Of a DNA stretch of 64,000 nt, positions 60,315 to 64,000 are shown piece by piece. The position numbers and the translations under genes are program-made. Source of the stretch: Malacoraja senta (taxonomy: Eukaryota); the NCBI GenBank assembly GCA_038087875.1, contig CM075989.1, positions 18,168,001 through 18,232,000 of the forward strand, given 5' to 3'. The notes under the pieces were generated by a model. The model searched no databases, had not been told where the DNA came from, and worked only from the letters and a program-made list of their open reading frames with translations. The number at the start of each line of letters is the position of its first letter. The first letter of the stretch is position 1.

Positions 60315-62397
60315 AGTAATCGGATTTAGCACCTTCTGACAGCGTGCCTAGATATTTATCAGCCAGATGACTTCTATAATCAAGTTGACCAGCCATAGCT
60401 TCAGGCTGCCTGCTGCAGTGGTACCTGAATCGGCATTGCTTTGTTCCAACATTGTCACCATCCAGTGTGACCGGAATCAACGGGCGGCACGACGTCGCAG
60501 CGGGTAGAGCCAGTGCCTCACAGCGCCAGAGACCCAGGTTCGATCCTGACCTTGGGTGCTGGCTGTGTGGATTTGTGCACGTTCTCCCTGTGACCACGTG
60601 GGTTACCGAGGGTGTCCGGTTTGGTCAGAGGCGGTGAATTCTCTGGTGAAAAAATATCCTCAGTTGAATCCTCCAATGTCGGATGGTGCTGCAGACGCTG
60701 ATTTACACCAAAGTTGGACACAAAGTGCTGGAGTAACATCAGCGGGACAGGCAGCATCTCTGGTGAGAACGAAAGGGTGAGGTTTCGGGGCAAGACCCAT
60801 CTTCAGACTGAGAGTCAGGGGAGAGGGAAACTGGAAGTATAAGGAGTCATAAAGAACAAGAGAATGACCAAGTGGGACACTATCTTGAATACAAATTAGT
60901 GAGTACTGCTTGTGTTGTCAGTCGCCCCTGAGCAGTACTGCTCCGATCCTCTTCATCCTCTCCACTGACTATTAGTCTGAAGAAGGGTCTCGATCCGAAA
61001 CGTCACCCATTCCTTCTCTCCAGAGATGCTGCCTGTCCCGCTGAGTTACTCCAGCATTTTGTGTCTATCTTGGATATAAAGAATGTTAGGGCACTATGGT
61101 GAAGTGAAGAGACCCTTTCCATGGTCCCTTGAGCAACATTCATCTCCCCATCAGTGTCATTAAAGCAAGTTGTGAGTCGTTTATAACATTGCCATGTATA
61201 CATGTCTCTGGTATTACAAAGGTGATAGCACATTGAAAGCATTTAATTAGTTATAAAAGCACTCGCTTGAGGGGTGGGGGGGGGGGCGGAAGGGGAGGGG
61301 TTACCTTAGAGAAAGCATACCGTTACACAATAGAGCTGTACAGCACGGAAACAGGTCCTTCAGCCCAACTTGTCCACACCGACCAAGATGCCCCATCTAC
61401 ACTTGTCCCACCACCCCACCTTTGGCCCATATCCCTCTAAACCATGTACCTGTCCAAGGTAGACAAAAGTGCTGGAGAAACTCAGCGGGTGCAGCAGCAT
61501 CTATGGAGCGAAGGAAATAGGCAACGTTTCGGGCCGAAACCCTGTCCAAATGTCTTTTAATTCGTGTTATAATTAGAAGTAAAGAAACTGAACCTACATC
61601 GGTTAAAGATGAAAAGTAAATGTATCGGTGTGACAGCCAGCAATACAACATCAGCAGTAGTGGAAGAATATAAATGAAGGGATAATCGATTGCTAACTTC
61701 TTGTTGCTTTAACTTGCAGCAGAAAGAGCAGCAAGGAATTGATAGAAAGACGTAGCATGGCAACAGGCCCTTCGGCCCATCGAGACCACATCGACCATCG
61801 ATCACCTGTTCACATTATGTGTAGGAAGGAACTGCAGATGCTGGTTAAAACCAAAGATAGACACAAAAAGCTGGAGTAACTCAGCGGGACAGGCAGCATC
61901 TCTGGAGAGAAGGAATGGGTGACGGTTCGGGGCGAGATATTTCGTGATGTTCGGTCCCAAGAGGGGTCTCGACCTGAACCGTCACCGCTTCACATTAGTT
62001 CTTTGCCATCCACTCCCTCCACACGAGGGGCAAATTTACAGAGGACAAATAACCTGCAAACCTGCACGTCTTTGGGATGTGGGAGGAAGCCGGAGCACCC
62101 GGAGGAAACCCACGTGGTCACAGGGAGAACGTGCAAAAATCCACAAAGACAGCACCCGAGGTCGGGATCGAACCAGGGTCTCTGGCGCTGTGAGGCAGTG
62201 GCTCTACCCGCTGCGCCATCGTGCCGTGCCTTGATTCCGGTCTCACTGGATGGAGACAATGTTGGAACAAAGCAATGCCGACTCCAGGTACCACTGCAGC
62301 AGGCAGCCTGCAGCTATGGCTGGTCAACTTGATTATAGAAGTCATCTGGCTGATAAATATCTAGGCACGCTGTCTGAAGGTGCTAAATCCGATTACT
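60315..62397. repeat. ~290-bp inverted duplication (arms 60315-60604 and 62107-62397)
   Basis: Arms share ~165 bp not seen elsewhere in the window plus the head of one SINE copy. Confidence 0.9.
60977..61004 (+). ncRNA. Minimal hammerhead ribozyme core in a PLE terminal repeat
   Basis: CTGAAGA-A-GGGTC-TC-GATCC-GAAA-CG-TC; the short palindromic helix III (ACGT) is typical of PLE hammerheads. Activity is untested. Confidence 0.6.
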
Positions 62398-62871
62398 CTA
62401 ATCCCCTTTAGTTTGAGGCAGTGTGATTTAAACAAAATTCCAATACAAAAGACAGAAACATAGCCCATAAACATTTCCGCGCGTTACTTTAGAGACCTCG
62501 TGGATGCAAAGGAGTATCACCGAGTTACATTGGTGGAGCCTGTAGGGATCCAACCAACAACTGCAAACAAGGAAGAAGGCGTGGGAGCTGCATTTCATCC
62601 CTAGTGATAAAAAGTCGTGAAGTTGCCTCCCAGAACGTGGACGATTTTCAACATCACCGAGTTGTCTCTGGTCTAAAGACTGAGCCATCCCAAATGTTGT
62701 GGCAAATGCTGGTGATCGGATGCAAAAAAACATTTAGTCTTCACTGGAGTGGTGTTGCAAATGTGGTGGCCATCTTGCTCAGAGAGGCAAAGGTTTAACA
62801 AGGGCAGTGCCCACCCCAGCTCAGCGGACAATTCCACCACTCCCAGGTTGGTATTGGAGGGTTAATGACCT

Positions 62872-63143
62872 ACCTTTAGGAAGGAGATGGGTTGGAGTTT
62901 CTTCAGTCAGAGGGCGGTGAATCGGTGGAATTTATTGCCACAGAAGGCTGTGGAGACAAAGTCATTGGATATTTTTAAAGTGGAGATTGCTAGGTTCTTG
63001 ATTAGTAATGGCGTCAGGGGTTATGGGGAGAAGGCAGGAGAATGGGGTTGAGAGGTAAAGATAGATCAGCCATGATGGAATGGTGGAGGGGACTCTATGG
63101 CCCGAATGGCCTAATTCTGCTCCTATGACTTATGAACTTATGA
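62872..63143 (+). mobile_element. CR1/HER1-like LINE 3' end
   Basis: FFSQRAVNRWNLLPQKAVE-like remnant and GGCCCGAATGGCCTAATTCTGCTCCT tail. Confidence 0.8.
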
Positions 63144-63559
63144 AGTTTTGGGTCAACAACGATGTCCCTTTCCACACTATCCGGTGGTGAGGGCTACATT
63201 ATACTCTCTAATATAATCTGTGCTTGGTCTGCCCATATCTTCACGTTAAAGTCACACATATCTGTCACAAGATTGACGTAAGAACAAAAAGGCGCGACAG
63301 TTTCTTTAGACTGAGCCCAACATATTGAATAGGAAGGAACTGCAAATGCTAGTTTACACGGAAGATAGACACAAAATGCTGGAGCAACTCAGCGGGACAG
63401 GAAGCATCTCTCGAGAGAGAAGGAATGGGTGACGTTTCGGGTAGCGACCCTTCTTCAGACATGTTGAGTTGTACGACGTTACTTGTGTGGGATTTCTTAA
63501 GTATCGCATCGTATTGCCGTGGGTACTTTGGAAGGTTCTATAAACATTGCAATAATATA

Positions 63560-63758
63560 TATGTGAGGAAGGAACTGCAGATGCTGGTTTAAGCCAAAGA
63601 TAGACACAAAAAGCTGGAGTAACTCAGCGGGACAGGCAACATCTCTGGAGAGAAGGAATGGGTGACGTTTCGGGTCGACTTGCAACATCACCCATTCCTT
63701 CTCTCCAGAGATGCTGCCTGTCCCGCTGAGTTACTCCAGCTTTTTGTGTCTATCTTTG
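63560..63758. mobile_element. Fold-back PLE mini-insertion
   Basis: ~74-bp near-perfect inverted arms (63596-63669 / 63684-63758); TTGCAATAATAT repeated at 63547-63558 and 63756-63767. Confidence 0.8.
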
Positions 63759-64000
63759 CAATAATATTTGTGCCCGACCCTCATGAAGCAGCTGATGTTC
63801 ATCAATCACTTACTAGATCCAATCCCCAGCCCTGACAAAGAGTTGATGTCATTGTTGGATCAGCAAACCATGAATGATGTTCCTGCACAATGCTTTTTTG
63901 TTTGGAAGGCCGGCAACTTAACAGCTCAGTACTTCTCTGGCCTGGTTCAGCTGATTTTTCAATTTTGCAAGTCTTTCCCCAGTCTCTTGTGACGAGTTCC

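Overview
Eukaryotic, repeat-dense non-coding DNA, most likely from a cartilaginous fish (skate/ray-like). That assignment is an inference from the repeat repertoire: HE1-type tRNA/V-SINEs sharing a 3' tail with HER1/CR1-like LINEs. I can support no host protein-coding gene; the ORFs I could interpret fall in transposon remnants or simple repeats, and the rest match no protein I recognise. The window is a mosaic of about 25 SINE copies, 3' fragments of CR1, Rex1/Babar, L2, Tx1 and RTE LINEs, many short Penelope-like (PLE) terminal-repeat pieces carrying minimal hammerhead-ribozyme cores, four PIF/Harbinger-type MITEs and two hAT-type elements. It also has two minisatellites, a 200-N assembly gap and several repeat-free AT-rich islands that look like candidate conserved non-coding elements. 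Most notable: (i) 27-bp and 34-bp palindromic micro-insertions, each with its own 8-bp target-site duplication (TSD); (ii) a bipartite RTE retroposon whose exact 5' end folds with HDV-ribozyme-like topology; (iii) ~85-200-bp hammerhead-bearing PLE mini-insertions with TSDs, fold-backs and a tandem array; (iv) a hAT element splitting a Tx1 LINE and carrying seven CCAAT boxes phased at ~32 bp. Family names come from motif recognition by eye, not database searches. Boundaries of degraded repeats are approximate.
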